Positions 9,015 to 17,536 of a DNA stretch of 31,373 nt are shown here, piece by piece. Below the pieces are notes generated by a model. It was not told the DNA's origin and searched no databases. It was given only the letters and a program-made list of their open reading frames with translations. Each line of letters begins with the position of its first letter. Positions within the stretch are counted from its first letter, which is position 1. Made by a program: the position numbers and the translations under genes. This DNA is from Chromatiales bacterium (GTDB lineage: Bacteria; Pseudomonadota; Gammaproteobacteria; UBA6429; Thiohalophilaceae): positions 1 to 31,373 of the forward strand of contig JALTLP010000374.1 of NCBI GenBank assembly GCA_027001895.1, written 5' to 3'.

Positions 9015-9329
9015 TTAGTCATCTTCTCTGCTTGAAATAACTTCACCATTGCTGGCATTAATATGCAATTCCTGCACGATACCACTTTGAGTAAGGATTT
9101 CAATTTCATATATTACAAGTCCATCTTCTTTTTCAAGCTCGACTTCAAGTATTTTTCCGGGGTATTTCCTGTAAATTTTTTTTAATATATTTTCTAATGG
9201 CAATATTTCCCCGTCATTAAGTAATCGTTTTGCCTCGATATAGTCATCATCTGCCTGGCCGGATTGCAAGGGTAGCAATATGGCCAGACAGATGAGTAAT
9301 AAGTGTATAACGTAATTTCTCTTATTCAT
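9015..9329 (-). CDS. Exported PepSY-domain protein
   Basis: 104 aa with signal peptide and PepSY pattern ILPLENIL...GKILEVELE...YEIEIL...ELHINASNGEVI, adjacent to the two-component genes. Confidence 0.85.
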   Translation of the reverse strand: MNKRNYVIHLLLICLAILLPLQSGQADDDYIEAKRLLNDGEILPLENILKKIYRKYPGKILEVELEKEDGLVIYEIEILTQSGIVQELHINASNGEVISSREDD

Positions 9330-9356
9330 ATTAAGTAAGTATACCCTAAATACAGT

Positions 9357-9911
9357 TTAATCATCCCACCTTCCATAGCCCGGGATGTTGATATTATGTT
9401 CATTAAATGATCCTTTTTCAGCCTTTAAATGGCAGCTATTGCATTGGCTAAAGCTTTGAACTTTGGGGTTTCCACTCACCATGCGTTTCGGAATTTCATT
9501 ATGCTCACGTATAAAGTAAGGTGTTTCAGTGATTCTTAGCGGAATATCATTTTGGGAAATGGATCGACTAAACTTTTGAGAACGTCGATAATTTGATTTG
9601 TCCGCACTGTTTTTCGTTAATAACTGACTTATAGTCTGGTGGGTTTGTGGATCAAGCTCGGCATTGTCATCAAAATGCTTGTCGAGATGATCCATTATTT
9701 TTTCCCATGAGCGGGAAGGTAGTAAGCCTGGCGGATAAGCCATATGGCAACTTCCACATTCTTCCTGGTACACCGGGTTAGAAACAGCTGCAACACCAGA
9801 AGATTTACGTTTATATTTATCCCAGTCAAAATCACTGTCACTCCATACCACGGGGATACTGAGTATACTTATAGTAAAAATAACTGAACCGATTGCAAGA
9901 GTACTTTTCAT
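9357..9911 (-). CDS. dhc: Diheme cytochrome c (DHC family)
   Basis: 184 aa, signal peptide, two heme motifs CGSCH and CNSCH, family motifs AYPPGLLP, HFDDNAEL, RITETPYF..EH. Confidence 0.9.
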   Translation of the reverse strand: MKSTLAIGSVIFTISILSIPVVWSDSDFDWDKYKRKSSGVAAVSNPVYQEECGSCHMAYPPGLLPSRSWEKIMDHLDKHFDDNAELDPQTHQTISQLLTKNSADKSNYRRSQKFSRSISQNDIPLRITETPYFIREHNEIPKRMVSGNPKVQSFSQCNSCHLKAEKGSFNEHNINIPGYGRWDD

Positions 9912-9924
9912 TGTATATCTCCTG

Positions 9925-10347
9925 TTACTTTTGTTTCATAACTGACTTGCTGAGGTAAGCAAGAATATCGGCTTTTTCCTGTGCGCTGCATTCTCGCCCA
10001 AAAGTCCATTTGCAGTTGCGTTTAAACCATTTGTTAACTTTTTTCATGTTAGTGAGTCGCTTAGGGTTTTCGGTGGGCGACATGGGTTTGATGACTTTAT
10101 TTGTTCTGATGTGCTTACCCGACTTATTGATATTACTCGTGTGGCAGGACGTACAACTGCGCTCACTAAATTTTCCAGTTGCAGAAAAACGTTGTTGCCA
10201 AAGCTTTTCCCCCCGTTCAGCGCTGGGCTGAGTCACTCCTTGAGAAGCGTATTGTTCAAATAGGTTTTGAACAACCCGGTTTTCAGCATGTACATGGCTT
10301 AAAGGGATAACGCTAATGGCGAGCAAAAATAAAATTAATTTTTTCAT
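9925..10347 (-). CDS. shp: Monoheme cytochrome c, SHP (sphaeroides heme protein)/DUF1924 family
   Basis: 140 aa, signal peptide, CTSCH, and C-terminal KWFKRNCKWTFGREC matching the SHP Asn ligand followed by the Cys-x7-Cys disulfide. Lies between cytochrome b and DHC genes. Confidence 0.8.
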   Translation of the reverse strand: MKKLILFLLAISVIPLSHVHAENRVVQNLFEQYASQGVTQPSAERGEKLWQQRFSATGKFSERSCTSCHTSNINKSGKHIRTNKVIKPMSPTENPKRLTNMKKVNKWFKRNCKWTFGRECSAQEKADILAYLSKSVMKQK

Positions 10348-10357
10348 GATACCTTCC

Positions 10358-10939
10358 TTATTTAGAACCGCTGTCAGATGACTTAAAGCCGCTTAACATT
10401 GCGGATATCAGATTTTCTTTATGAATAAAACTTTCAGCAAGAACACCGAGCACATGGAAGAACACCAGAATAACAGTGAAGTTAGCAAAAAACTCATGGG
10501 CTTCTTCAAGGATATCTTCCCAGTACTCTCCAGAATCTACAAAAAATTGTGCTGCAGGACCGGCTTGATCTTCAGCCCCAAGTAAAAAAATACCGGTCGT
10601 GGTTGTCAGTAATAAACTTAATATTAAGAGAATAACCATCGCGCCACCGGCCGGGTTGTGGCCAATGTATCTTTTTGCCTTAAAGCGTAAAGTATCTTTT
10701 AAAAAACTGATAATGTTAGCCGGAGAATAGACAAAATTACTAAAGCGAGCGTATCGCGTGCCAATAAAGCCCCATATAATACGGATAACAAGCAGAGACA
10801 GAATCAGGTAGCCTGCCCAGCTATGGATAGTCATGTAATCATCTTCTGTAATGTAGGCAATGGTAAAAGCACTGACTAATGACCAGTGAAAGAACCGAAC
10901 GAGAGGGTCCCAGACTTTTATTTGTGATAAATTACTCAT
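10358..10939 (-). CDS. Membrane cytochrome b (cytochrome b/b6, hydrogenase-type cytochrome b family)
   Basis: 193 aa, 4 TM segments, VWDPLVRFFHW, IHSWAGY, GHNPAGG, AHEFF and FHVLGV His ligands. Confidence 0.88.
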   Translation of the reverse strand: MSNLSQIKVWDPLVRFFHWSLVSAFTIAYITEDDYMTIHSWAGYLILSLLVIRIIWGFIGTRYARFSNFVYSPANIISFLKDTLRFKAKRYIGHNPAGGAMVILLILSLLLTTTTGIFLLGAEDQAGPAAQFFVDSGEYWEDILEEAHEFFANFTVILVFFHVLGVLAESFIHKENLISAMLSGFKSSDSGSK

Positions 10940-10969
10940 GATTTTCGCCTTCTGTGTTTGTTTAAAATA

Positions 10970-11001
10970 AAGATAGCAGCCAAAGCTGAAACCAAGCTGA
11001 A
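10970..11001 (-). promoter_or_regulatory. OmpR-family direct-repeat box (TTCAG-N6-TTCAG) plus -10 for the cytochrome b operon
   Basis: Minus strand TTCAG (11001-10997), CTTGGT, TTCAG (10990-10986), a 10-nt gap, then TATCTT (10975-10970), 31 nt upstream of the ATG at 10939. Confidence 0.55.
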
Positions 11002-11109
11002 AATGGCTACCGGTTTAACGCTGGTTGTAAAGCAGGTTATATTGCAGGTTGTAAGTCAATATAAGTTTTTGTTTTTATTGGTAATATATTGCTACATCAA
11101 GGAATACAT

Positions 11110-13236
11110 TTGTCATCTGATTCTCCATACAGTCATGTTCGTGGCTCAATCAAACCGACTGACCGGGCAGTCTGGCAATGCAGTGCTAATTTGCACCGCC
11201 ACATCTATGTGTTAGCAGGTGATAAGGCGTGGCAGAAAGCATTGTTGATAAGTATTTTGCAGGGCGTTGAAAGTGAAGTACTATGGCTAACAGATGAAGA
11301 TGTAAATAAATGCACTGCTTCAATTGAGACCCTGCCTTTTAAAAAAGCTAAAAGCTGGTTAGGTAATGAAAAAAAAGTGGTTATCTATGATGCCAATAAA
11401 AATTTTGAGCCCGATAGCTTTGCGGCAATAAGCGGTATTATCGTAGGTGGTGGTGTATTATTTTTGTTAATGCCGGAAACAAACAGGTGGAATACGGTAT
11501 ATCCATTAGCTTTTGGTCAACGGTTATTAAAACGTATTACCGAATCACCTGAAATAATCGTTATTAATGAAACGGATGGTTTTATTAACATTCCTGAACG
11601 TAAACAAATTATAAATAATCCTGTTGCTAGGCTGGGGTTATATAAATCCGTTGACCAGCAACAGGCCGTGGAAATAATAGAACGACAGCTAACCGAACAG
11701 ACGAATACACCGGTTGTGCTGGTTTCTGATCGGGGGCGGGGTAAGTCTGCCGCGCTGGGTCTGTCCGTTGTTAAGTTAATCGAACAAGGCATAAAACACA
11801 TTATTATTAGCGCCCCGCGATTAGCTGCGACCGATATTATTTTTAAACATATTAAGGATAACCTGCCACAGGCTGAGATGAGTCGCGGTAGTGTAAGATA
11901 TGCCGGATGTGTTGTGCAGTTTTACCCGCCCGATGAGTTACTCACTAAGGATATATCAGCAGATATATTATTAGTCGATGAAGCGGCGGCGATTCCGGTT
12001 CCGATGTTAACGGCTTTTCTAAATAAATATCCACAATGTGTATTTGCAACCACGGTACATGGCTACGAGGGCACAGGTCGGGGTTTTGCTGTGTGTTTTT
12101 ACAAGGTATTGGATAAACTAAAGCCACAGTGGATTAAGCTTGATTTGCATACCCCTATCCGCTGGCCAGAGAATGATCCGCTGGAAAAATGGATATTTGA
12201 ACTACTTTGTCTCGATGCAGAGTATGCAAATTTGCAACGGGATGATTTTAATCTGCAAACATTACAGCATCGCAAGCTTGGCAAAGATCGGCTTGCTGAA
12301 AATAATCAGCTTATTAAAGAAGTTTTTGCATTGCTGGTACTGGCACATTACCGTACCCGGCCCAGAGATTTAAAAAGCTTGCTGGATGACGATAATATTT
12401 CAGTGTATGCCAGTTTTTATAAAGAACACGTAGTGGCTGTATCGCTGGTGATAGCGGAAGGCAAGTTTTCAAAGGCGTTATCAACAGAAGTTTATCGCGG
12501 TAAGCGCCGTCCGACAGGGAACTTGCTGGCACAGACATTGACTTACCATTGTGGCGTTGAACATGCTGCTACCCTGAATTATGCGAGGATAATGCGTATT
12601 GCCGTTCACCCAAACCTGCAATTAAACGGTATAGGTAGTGCATTGCTTAAGTTTGTTTTAGTTAACGAAAAACAAAATGGCCGGGATATTATTGGTACAA
12701 GCTTTGGAATGAATATGGATTTACCTGGTTTCTGGGTGAAACAAAAGTTTAAGCTTATACGTATTGGTTTTACCCGTGAACAAACCAGTGGTGAACATGC
12801 TGCGGTTATGTTGTTAGCATTCACCGAAGAGGGGGAAAAAGTATATAAAGATGCGCTTGAAAGTTTTAATGGGAACCTTGCTTACTGGCTAAACGATGTT
12901 TTAAGCGATATAGATTCGCCATTAAAAGACAGGATAGAAGCCGCACATGTGATGCCTACTAACATGGCAGTAAGGGATAAAAAAGATATTGAGTCATTTA
13001 TTGAGTATTCAAGGAACTACGAATTATGTATCGGAAGTCTGAACAGACTGGTTGTTTCCAATATGGAGCTGTTATCTGCCAACAAATTTCCAGAAAAGTT
13101 CAGGGATGTTTTACTTGATAAGGTAATAAACAGGAAAAACTGGAAAGACATTTCTGAAACAATGCATTTATCGGGGAAGTCTGAAGCCAGAAAGCTTTTC
13201 CAGCAGGCAATACGGTATTTATTGAAAAGTAATTAA
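11110..13236 (+). CDS. tmcA: tRNA(Met) cytidine acetyltransferase TmcA
   Basis: Helicase-like plus GNAT motifs: RGRGKSAALG, VDEAAAIP, TTVHGYEGTGRGF, PIRWPENDPLE, AHYRTRP.DL, RIAVHP..Q..GIGS. Start placed at in-frame TTG 11110 (AAGGA 6 nt upstream); the ORF track starts at 11089. Confidence 0.93.
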   Translation: MSSDSPYSHVRGSIKPTDRAVWQCSANLHRHIYVLAGDKAWQKALLISILQGVESEVLWLTDEDVNKCTASIETLPFKKAKSWLGNEKKVVIYDANKNFEPDSFAAISGIIVGGGVLFLLMPETNRWNTVYPLAFGQRLLKRITESPEIIVINETDGFINIPERKQIINNPVARLGLYKSVDQQQAVEIIERQLTEQTNTPVVLVSDRGRGKSAALGLSVVKLIEQGIKHIIISAPRLAATDIIFKHIKDNLPQAEMSRGSVRYAGCVVQFYPPDELLTKDISADILLVDEAAAIPVPMLTAFLNKYPQCVFATTVHGYEGTGRGFAVCFYKVLDKLKPQWIKLDLHTPIRWPENDPLEKWIFELLCLDAEYANLQRDDFNLQTLQHRKLGKDRLAENNQLIKEVFALLVLAHYRTRPRDLKSLLDDDNISVYASFYKEHVVAVSLVIAEGKFSKALSTEVYRGKRRPTGNLLAQTLTYHCGVEHAATLNYARIMRIAVHPNLQLNGIGSALLKFVLVNEKQNGRDIIGTSFGMNMDLPGFWVKQKFKLIRIGFTREQTSGEHAAVMLLAFTEEGEKVYKDALESFNGNLAYWLNDVLSDIDSPLKDRIEAAHVMPTNMAVRDKKDIESFIEYSRNYELCIGSLNRLVVSNMELLSANKFPEKFRDVLLDKVINRKNWKDISETMHLSGKSEARKLFQQAIRYLLKSN

Positions 13237-13315
13237 CACAATGCCGTATTATTCACAGATACGGTTAAGATTGTATGGTATATATTAACAAGTTTGTCAC
13301 AATTAAGGAGAAAAT

Positions 13316-13777
13316 ATGAAACAGTTTAAAATAAAATACACAGGAATATTTTTTATAGCATTTAGTCTTGTTTTTAGTTCGGGCGTATACAGCAAAGAGC
13401 CTGGCAAAAAACCAGAAATTACAGTTTACAAAAGCCCAACCTGTGGTTGCTGTAAAAAATGGGTGGCACACCTGGAAAAATCCGGTTTTAACGTAAAAGC
13501 GATAAATCGTCGTGATATGCGTTCAGTTAAAGCACAATTCGGTGTTCATGGTGCTTACCGTTCATGCCATACAGCAAAAATTGGAAAATATTATATTGAA
13601 GGGCATGTTCCTGCCAGTGATATAAAAAGGTTAATAAAAGAAAAACCGGATGCGAAAGGGCTGGCAGTACCGGGCATGCCGATGGGTTCACCGGGTATGG
13701 AAGGCCATCGTAAAGATCGTTATTCAGTGTTACTGGTTGATAAAAAAGAGGGTGTAACAGAGTATAGCCGCCACTGA
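13316..13777 (+). CDS. DUF411 periplasmic metal-binding protein (copper-resistance CopG-like)
   Basis: 153 aa, signal peptide, YKSPTCGCC..W, SCHTA, EGHVPA, GLAVPGMPMGSPGME. Strong RBS AAGGAG. Confidence 0.88.
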   Translation: MKQFKIKYTGIFFIAFSLVFSSGVYSKEPGKKPEITVYKSPTCGCCKKWVAHLEKSGFNVKAINRRDMRSVKAQFGVHGAYRSCHTAKIGKYYIEGHVPASDIKRLIKEKPDAKGLAVPGMPMGSPGMEGHRKDRYSVLLVDKKEGVTEYSRH

Positions 13778-13801
13778 CCTTATTATATTTACGGTGCAGG
13801 G

Positions 13802-14464
13802 TTGCAAGTCTTGAATGGGAAAGTAACAGCAATAGTCCTTATTGTGCTGTTTAGCCTTATATACCTGTATTTATATCAGACCGGTACAATCGATTCGTTG
13901 TTTCAGATTGAGACATTGCAGTCAAAATTACACAGTATAGGTAAGTGGGGCCCATTATTTATTATTGTGCTGATGGCCGCTGCAATTGTAATGAGTCCGC
14001 TGCCCAGCGCACCTGTTGCACTGGCATCGGGTCTGGTTTATGGACATGGCTGGGGAACAATCTATATTCTTATTGGTGCCGAGGCCGGTGCTTTGATAGC
14101 GTTTACGTTATCCAGACAGCTTGGCTATACTGCAATGCAGAAGCATTTTGGTGATAAAATAAAGAGCAAGTATTTAAATTCCGGCAAGCATCTTATGCTG
14201 GTTGTTTTTATTACCCGGCTAATACCTTTTATATCGTTTGATATTATAAGCTATGCCGCTGGCTTAACCAGAATAAGTTATCTGCAGTTTGCGCTTGCTA
14301 CATTTGCCGGAATCTTACCGGCCAGTTTTTTACTCGCCCACCTTGGCACTGAGATGTCGGGAAATACAGCCGAACAGATGTTTATAACTATCCTGTTCCT
14401 GGGGGCAATTACTCTTATTCCCGGACTGATAGCTTTATATAAAAAATATAAACACAAGCATTAA
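13802..14464 (+). CDS. TVP38/TMEM64 (SNARE-associated, DedA superfamily) membrane protein
   Basis: 220 aa hydrophobic protein with PLPSAPVALASG..YG, RLIPFISFD..SYAAG and GILPAS motifs. TTG start uncertain. Confidence 0.85.
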   Translation: MQVLNGKVTAIVLIVLFSLIYLYLYQTGTIDSLFQIETLQSKLHSIGKWGPLFIIVLMAAAIVMSPLPSAPVALASGLVYGHGWGTIYILIGAEAGALIAFTLSRQLGYTAMQKHFGDKIKSKYLNSGKHLMLVVFITRLIPFISFDIISYAAGLTRISYLQFALATFAGILPASFLLAHLGTEMSGNTAEQMFITILFLGAITLIPGLIALYKKYKHKH

Positions 14465-16477
14465 TTAATTATTATCAAGCCATTCAGATAAGGGGCGGGG
14501 CTTTCCCAGATAATAACCTTGCCCATAAGTAATGCCTATTTTACGCAGTTCTTCGACGTCTTCTCTGGACTCGACATATTCGGCAACCGTTTCCTGATTA
14601 CGTAACTTGCTTATCTCATTGGTATAACGAATCATCGCATGGTCAACCGGATCGGTCAGCATGTCGCGGACGAAGCTCCCGTCAATTTTAACAACATCAA
14701 ACGGCAGGTTTTTTAAATATTCGAAGGACGACATACCGGTACCAAAGTCATCAAGCGCAAAGCCGATACCATGTTGCCTGCAAAACCGTATAAATTCTTC
14801 AGCCTGCACCAGGTTGCCAATACTCGATGTTTCAGTAACTTCCAGTTCAAGTCGTTGCCAGGGAAAAGTATAGTGTTGAATTGCGTTTTTTACACAGGCC
14901 TGGAATTCAGGATGATTCAGAGTGCCGCCGGCAAGATTAATGTGTACAGAGTGTAGCTTGTTAATATGTTCGGGCTGTTTACAAATTATCTCAAGGTAGC
15001 TGGTTAAAACATGGATATCGATATCTACCATAAGCTGGTAGCGTTCTGCGGTAGGCAGAAACTGATCCGGTGGGAGGAAGTCACCGTTACTGTCCCACAT
15101 ACGAAGTAAAATTTCATAACTTATTTTGTCTGTTGTTTTTTGTAATGGCACTATATCCTGAGCAAAAAGTTCGAAGCGGGCAGGCCCTTCTTTGAGGGCT
15201 TCTTTGATTGCGCTAGCAATATTTATTTCAGTCTTTAACTTGTTATCGCTGTGCTCACTTTGCCTGTGTATATGTAATTTATTTTGCCCGCGTTTTTTTG
15301 CATTATAAAATGCGACATCCGCTACTTTGAGTAATTCTGTCAGGGTATATTCAAAGGGTTTAAAAGCAACAAGGCCAATAGATGCAGATACGCTTAGTGT
15401 TTCGCCATCCCAGACAAAACGAAAGTCACTCAGATCTTTTAATAAAGTTTCGGTTATCGTTGTTGCCTGCTGTAAAGACGTGTTTTTTAACAGAACAATA
15501 AAATCATCACCCCCGGTTCGGGCGATATCTGCTTCTGCCGGTAACGCTGTTTTTAAATAATGCGTAACAAGCTGAAGAAGCTCATCACCTGCAACATGCC
15601 CGACTGAATCATTTATGTTTTTAAACTGGTCAATATCAAGGTTTAACAGGACATGAGATGTTTGTTGTGGGTCTTGCAGTGCCTGATTAATTTTATCCTC
15701 TATCGCATAGCGGTTATACAGGCCGGTCAGTTTGTCATGCTGGCTCTGGTGACGTAAAACATCTGTTGTTTTGATGATTTTTGAAATCATCCGGTTATAA
15801 CCATTGAATAACAGGCCGATTTCATTTTTTGCTCTGGTTTTAACGCTGATAAATTTATTTTTGTCTATATCGCTCTGATAAATGGCCGAAGCAAGTATTT
15901 CAAAAGGCTTTGTATAATACCGACTGATTCGCCATGCGATAAAAATACCAACACCGACAATAAACGGGAAGATTAGCATCAGGGTTATAAATTTTTCCTT
16001 TATTCGGGTGTTATATTGTTCTGGATTAATAACAATAATGGTATCACCGAGTTTAAAGTCATCCGCAGTAACCGGCAGTTTTATAAAAAGGCGGCCGTTA
16101 GCGTCAAAAAAAGGTTTGTTAGTGGTTATTTTCTCAAGGACATCCTGTCTGAGGTATTGTTGTTTACCGTGGGAGAAAATAGCCTGTTGCTTGTTATTAT
16201 ATAATTGCAGCGCATCGACTGATTTAAATCCTTCTATACGAAAGCTTATATCAGACAGGGTATCCGCTCTAGTATTGATAAGTGCCTTTAAAAGGTCATT
16301 GTTAATTGAACGACCAAGTGCGCTGGCTTGTTCAATAGCAAGTACACGACGTTCTTTAATATCAAACCGGCTAACCAGTAATAATGTACCGGCACCGACA
16401 GCAGACAGGAGTATAACCATTAATATAATTAACTGGGTACGTATACTGAGTTTTTGCCATGTTTTCCGTATATTCAT
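14465..16477 (-). CDS. Membrane-anchored HAMP-GGDEF-EAL c-di-GMP enzyme (probable phosphodiesterase)
   Basis: 670 aa: TM, periplasmic domain, TM, HAMP, then HDKLTGLYNR, DIDQFKNINDSVGH.AGD, GGDDF, then EAL domain YEILLR, ELEVTE, DDFGTG, KIDGSFV, AEYVE, QGYYLGKP. Confidence 0.92.
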   Translation of the reverse strand: MNIRKTWQKLSIRTQLIILMVILLSAVGAGTLLLVSRFDIKERRVLAIEQASALGRSINNDLLKALINTRADTLSDISFRIEGFKSVDALQLYNNKQQAIFSHGKQQYLRQDVLEKITTNKPFFDANGRLFIKLPVTADDFKLGDTIIVINPEQYNTRIKEKFITLMLIFPFIVGVGIFIAWRISRYYTKPFEILASAIYQSDIDKNKFISVKTRAKNEIGLLFNGYNRMISKIIKTTDVLRHQSQHDKLTGLYNRYAIEDKINQALQDPQQTSHVLLNLDIDQFKNINDSVGHVAGDELLQLVTHYLKTALPAEADIARTGGDDFIVLLKNTSLQQATTITETLLKDLSDFRFVWDGETLSVSASIGLVAFKPFEYTLTELLKVADVAFYNAKKRGQNKLHIHRQSEHSDNKLKTEINIASAIKEALKEGPARFELFAQDIVPLQKTTDKISYEILLRMWDSNGDFLPPDQFLPTAERYQLMVDIDIHVLTSYLEIICKQPEHINKLHSVHINLAGGTLNHPEFQACVKNAIQHYTFPWQRLELEVTETSSIGNLVQAEEFIRFCRQHGIGFALDDFGTGMSSFEYLKNLPFDVVKIDGSFVRDMLTDPVDHAMIRYTNEISKLRNQETVAEYVESREDVEELRKIGITYGQGYYLGKPRPLSEWLDNN

Positions 16478-16506
16478 AATGTCAGTATGAAAAGCAGTAA
16501 CGATGT

Positions 16507-17364
16507 TTACTTTTCTATAGGCAGGGAATCATCGTTACCCCATTCTCGCCATGAGGCATCATAGTTTGATACATCATGTCCAAGTTCGCGTAATGCAAAG
16601 TAATTGGTGGATGATACCCGGCCAATTTTGCAATAGATAATAATTTTTTTGCCATAAGGAATATTGGAATAAAGTTTTTTTAATTCTTTTATCGGTTTTA
16701 ATGCTGCAAACTTATTATCCTTAATCAGGTTCTGATTAAAAGGTACGTTGATTGCCGTTGGTATGTGCCCAAAGCGTTTAGCGACTGAGGTTTTTCCTTT
16801 GTAGGCATCCTCTGAGCGGGCATCAATAACAAGTTTTCTGTTGTTATAAATAGCCAGTTGGGTTGTAAATTTACTTGATAGTCGGCTGTGATCGATTGTT
16901 GCAACATACTTACCTGGTTTTATTTCTGGTTGCTGTTGTGAAACGGGCAAATTTTTTGCCAGCCAGTAGTTAAATCCATGGTCAACAATTTTGACATGTT
17001 TAATGCCATAAACTTCGAGTGTCCAGAATAAGCGTGCGGCATCAACCAGATCGCCATTGTCATAGATAATTACTTTTGAATGAATACCAATGTCTCTTTG
17101 TCGGAAGTATTGCTGTATTTTATCGGGCTTCTGGATTTGACCGTTTACTTTTTTATTAACATAGGTCAGCTCTACCGGAAAGCTTAGAGCGTTTTTTACA
17201 TGAGTGACATCATAGTCGTTCTTATTTCGTGCATCGAGAATAACGTAGTTCGGATTATCGAGCAGTTTTACAAGCTCTTCCGGTGATATTCGCAGTGATT
17301 CGGCAACGGCAAGCTCACAGAGCAACCAGAGAATCAGTGACAGGCTTATTAATAATTTACGCAT
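16507..17364 (-). CDS. Exported tandem-domain rhodanese/sulfurtransferase
   Basis: 285 aa, signal peptide MRKLLISLSLILWLLCELAVA, ILDAR..YDVTHVKNA, VIDARS...FGHIPTA, active-site loop YCKIGRVSS, NYDASWREWG. RBS AGGGA. Confidence 0.88.
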   Translation of the reverse strand: MRKLLISLSLILWLLCELAVAESLRISPEELVKLLDNPNYVILDARNKNDYDVTHVKNALSFPVELTYVNKKVNGQIQKPDKIQQYFRQRDIGIHSKVIIYDNGDLVDAARLFWTLEVYGIKHVKIVDHGFNYWLAKNLPVSQQQPEIKPGKYVATIDHSRLSSKFTTQLAIYNNRKLVIDARSEDAYKGKTSVAKRFGHIPTAINVPFNQNLIKDNKFAALKPIKELKKLYSNIPYGKKIIIYCKIGRVSSTNYFALRELGHDVSNYDASWREWGNDDSLPIEK

Positions 17365-17536
17365 GGTTTTCCCTGTAATATGTTATTGTCAGCAGGACAA
17401 TATTCTGATTACATTGCTGCATCAAGGTTCATTCCTTTTATATAGCGAGCAGCGGGAATTTTTCTTTAGATATTTCGGTGTCCGTTTTTCAAACTGGCCG
17501 GCCTGAAAAACATTGATATATCATGTAGATAGGAAG

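Noticed and set aside
6940-11100. Active genomic island or prophage at tRNA-Met
   Set aside because: No integrase, transposase or duplicated tRNA 3' end (att site) was seen in the window.
10958-11215. 85-aa plus-strand ORF
   Set aside because: TTG start, overlaps the tmcA 5' end and the cytochrome b promoter, no motif.
14455-14475. Zero-gap tail-to-tail junction of TVP38 and GGDEF-EAL genes (similarly a 5-nt gap at 20676-20682) as antisense regulation
   Set aside because: Abutting convergent genes are common in compact genomes and nothing else supports a regulatory role.
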